A DNA stretch of 24,559 bases, from the NCBI GenBank assembly GCA_024626585.2, contig JANKJI020000004.1:4426163-4450721 (forward strand), read 5' to 3'. The translations under genes were made by a program, and so were the position numbers. The stretch comes from Ginkgo biloba (Eukaryota > Plantae > Ginkgophyta). Of the stretch, positions 21,201-24,559 are shown one piece after another; position 1 is the first letter of the stretch, and each line of letters starts with the position of its first letter. Below the pieces are notes generated by a model. The model was not told where the DNA came from. It searched no databases and saw only the letters and a list, made by a program, of their open reading frames with translations.

Positions 21201-23648
21201 TACTTGTAATTACATGTGATTTTGACAACTTATTACAACTTGGAAAAATTCCTTAGATAAGTGCTTTCCTTAGCAAAAATCATTGGATTTCAGGATTTCA
21301 AAGTCAAATTTTGGTCTTAAACTCAGTTTGAGTAATGGAGGTGACCAAGGCTCCTGCCAAGGGTGATAGGCACTAGAACCCTGCTAGGAGCACTTCCCCT
21401 AAGGCCATACAAAGGGGACCATAGAAAAAAATTAAAAATTTTGGTCCCAAATCTAGTTGTCAAACAACTTGGATTTTTTAAACAATTTTATGGTTTCTTC
21501 ATGAAATTGTTGGCTTCTTTCCACTATGATATTGAAGTTGATAATTATCTTTCATCTTCTTCAGATTCGACCTAAATCAAATCCTTTCTTACTAATCCAT
21601 CATCCCAATTTCAAGGGGCATATTTGAATGCCTCAAACTTCAAAGCCTTCTCACTAACCCTCCATCTTATCCATNNNNNNNNNNNNNNNNNNNNNNNNNN
21701 NNNNNNNNNNNNNNNNNNNNNNNNNNNNNNNNNNNNNNNNNNNNNNNNNNNNNNNNNNNNNNNNNNNNNNNNNNGTTTAATTGAAATCAATCTTTAATTG
21801 TAATAACTTTTTAATTATCACATATAAATCATAATAGAGCTTTGAATTCCTCAACAAACCTATATTATGAAATAATACTCCAATTTTAGAAGGTTGTTGC
21901 ACCCAACCTTAGAATTCATACTATACTAATTCACACCTTAACATATATTAAAGGAAATTAGTAGTATATTCACTATGAATTATGCTTAACCATGCATTGT
22001 AGACATAATAGTCAATCATAATCTAGAATTCANNNNNNNNNNNNNNNNNNNNNNNNNNNNNNNNNNNNNNNNNNNNNNNNNNNNNNNNNNNNNNNNNNNN
22101 NNNNNNNNNNNNNNNNNNNNNNNNNAATACCACTTAATAAATCATTTAAAATCTTTAAATACCATAAAATAATAGCCAAGTATTTTTCTATAATTTAATA
22201 AAAAAGAGTAGATACACTCATTTCCAATTCATTATCATACCATTTCCTTCATAGAAAAAATAAAAAGAAGTTTATTGTTATTTTAACATATAACTAGTAC
22301 ATTCCCATGTCAAGTGATTTCCATGGAAAAGATCCAAATTTAGTGATATTTAAAGCTTAAACTGTAACCTTTTGGAACATTAAAATGGTGAAAATTGTAA
22401 AAGGGAGCTACTTTGATAGATATTATTAGGCTCATTCTAACAGTAAAAATACCATAAAAGTGATCTCTCTCTACAAATTTAAAGAAAATAAATTTGGAAA
22501 GCTACCAAAGGAAAAAATTATGCACATGGCATAGAGTTATCTAACCTGGATAAGTTTTATTAGAAAATGAATTTATTTTCAGTAGAGTTGTGTAGAGAAT
22601 TATTTGATAGCTTTGCTAAACTCCTCAACCAATGGGTTTTTCACCAACTTTCCAATGCCAAATTTGAACCTTCGAATCTCATGAATGTGGGCTTGTGGAT
22701 TTTCCATCTCCAAAACTATCATGCCTTGCATCACAACTCCCTCTCCAATACTATTACAATGTCTCTCACTCTCATTCTTGATAGTGAGAAGAACAAAATG
22801 AGAAGATGCTTAATAGGGCACACTGACTATTCTAGAATTATGGACCCCAAAATATATCCAATTTTTTTTATTTCATTATTTATTTTATGCGTCAATAATT
22901 CATGGATTTGAAATATTCATCTATTCTAATTTTTTAAAGGGGAGGGGGTTACAAACATGATTTTTTTCTTAGTTATATAGTATTGATAACATAACATTAG
23001 TGAGTATGTGTGTAAAAACATTCTTAGTCAAAAGACTACCTTTAAAATTCCCTCCTTCATTCCTACATAGATCACCTCTCCTCTTTATTGAATTTCACAA
23101 CTACTCTATAACTCTTGGAGTCTTTACTGCTTAGATCCCCTCTATCATAATGATAAAAAGAGGTAATACCCTTGGAGGGTGGAAGGAAAGAATGGTATGA
23201 GTTATGAAAAAGTCTTTTCCAACTAACTCCACTTGTAATTTAGTTTTATAATCCCTCTATTTATGATTATATACAATGGTGTAGCCCATTTTAACACCTA
23301 TGATATCATTCCTAGCTAGTTAACCTATGCATCATTATGATAAATTACATGTCTCTCAGTCAACCTTGAGGAATTTNNNNNNNNNNNNNNNNNNNNNNNN
23401 NNNNNNNNNNNNNNNNNNNNNNNNNNNNNNNNNNNNNNNNNNNNNNNNNNNNNNNNNNNNNNNNNNNNNNNNNNNNCCTCATACAAAAGAGGGTTTCCTT
23501 CTAGGGAAAAAACCACTAACATAACTTCTATTGTCAGATTTGTGACCTAATAATGAATGGTCTAGATTGACTATGAAATTATAACAATTATAAGGCAATT
23601 TTTACAAAAAATTTCTCTGCCCCCCCCTTGGACCCCCTGGGGACACAA

Positions 23649-23670
23649 GTGGGGGGGAAATCCCCCCCAC
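23649..23670. repeat. G7/C7 palindrome within a G/C-run island (23619-23678)
   Basis: GTGGGGGGGA-aa-TCCCCCCCAC. Confidence 0.8.
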
Positions 23671-23719
23671 ACCCCCCGTCAAGGAATGGGATCCAAACAT
23701 GGTTGAAATAAGACCTTTG

Positions 23720-24559
23720 AATTAGGAAGATAATCAGGCTCCACAACCAAAAGAGTAGAGATAGAACATTGAGACATGGTGTCACCAAACTATACAAATT
23801 TAATTAAAAAGGATAAATATTGATAGTATAAAAATGGTTCACTAAGGAACATATCTGACAGGAATTTCTAAAATTAGGTGAAAGGACGATGGAGACCACC
23901 ATGTTTAAAGAGGATAGGTATGATCTGAACAAGATTGACCATTAGGACATTGAAGAATTAAATATGACTAAGTACAAATTCACATACAATTTAAACATAG
24001 GTAAATAGGTCCAATTATAAGTAAACTATAAGTGAATTTTTCTTATAAGTCAAATGTAGACTAGAAACAAAACATGTTAGTAGTGAACTCATATGAAGAT
24101 ACTATAGATAAAGTGCATATGAAACATAAAATAAGGTGAAGGTGTAATAAAAAATAAAAATCCACATTCTCAACTACATATACCTTGTAGGAAAAATTCA
24201 AAAGATCGCCTATTGCAAGAGTGCTTGTCTACATGCTGGTTTGTAAGTGACTATTCTTTTGGTCACCTATATATTGAATATAGGAAAATTTGGGTAGTCG
24301 CCCACCTATAGCCTAACTATAGGNNNNNNNNNNCATTCCACCATCACTCACTGCTATCTTGACTATAGTTTAATTTAGAGGCATCAAGTGCTCACTTATG
24401 GGTGATAGAATTAGTTAGTCATCTATACTCTAACTATAAGTGAAGATGAAAGATAGATTAAACTATGTGAGCTAATGCACCTATAAGCATTATGTTATGG
24501 AGGTTGAGCCAAGAAATGAACATTTAATTTTTAAACTAACTCTATTCAATAGTTGGAAG
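23720..24559 (+). mobile_element. Second copy of the CRM-like element: integrase C-terminus, PPT and LTR (LTR from 23921, runs off the window)
   Basis: CATGGTGTCACCAAACTATACAA and GATGGAGACCACCATGTTTAAAGAGGATAGGTA-TGATCTG align with 14500-14645; similarity continues to the window end (counterpart ~15296). Confidence 0.85.

Noticed and set aside
22567-22911. 114-aa ORF
   Set aside because: No recognisable motif and AT-rich composition; probably a chance ORF in decayed repeat DNA.

Overview
Eukaryotic plant DNA, most likely gymnosperm/conifer (inferred from the FINHRGPDVK-type TIR domain and a Tat-like retroelement RNase H). The window is a chain of roughly 1-3.5 kb contigs joined by 100-N spacers, so adjacency across those gaps is unproven. 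Most of it is AT-rich, CpG-depleted, stop-riddled LTR-retrotransposon debris: several Ty3/gypsy gag/PR/RT/RH/INT remnants, two copies of a CRM-like integrase-end plus LTR, a Tat-like extra RNase H, a copia gag fragment and a copia-type PPT/LTR. There are two GC-richer genic islands, both on the minus strand. The first is a 3-exon GPI-anchored lipid-transfer protein/xylogen-like gene (5830-6559, 5' end in a gap), next to a decayed duplicate of its exon 1 (6986-7334) that is fused to copia gag through a 14-bp microhomology. The second is the 5' part of a TIR-NB-ARC immune receptor (11043-11916); its first intron has an in-frame stop at the donor site, and its upstream region carries W-boxes and nested inverted repeats. 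I found no prokaryotic-type system, CRISPR array or RNA gene, and I cannot support a wholly new system. The best leads are the retroelement-fused LTPG exon, the potential TIR-only isoform and a possible shared-LTR tandem element.
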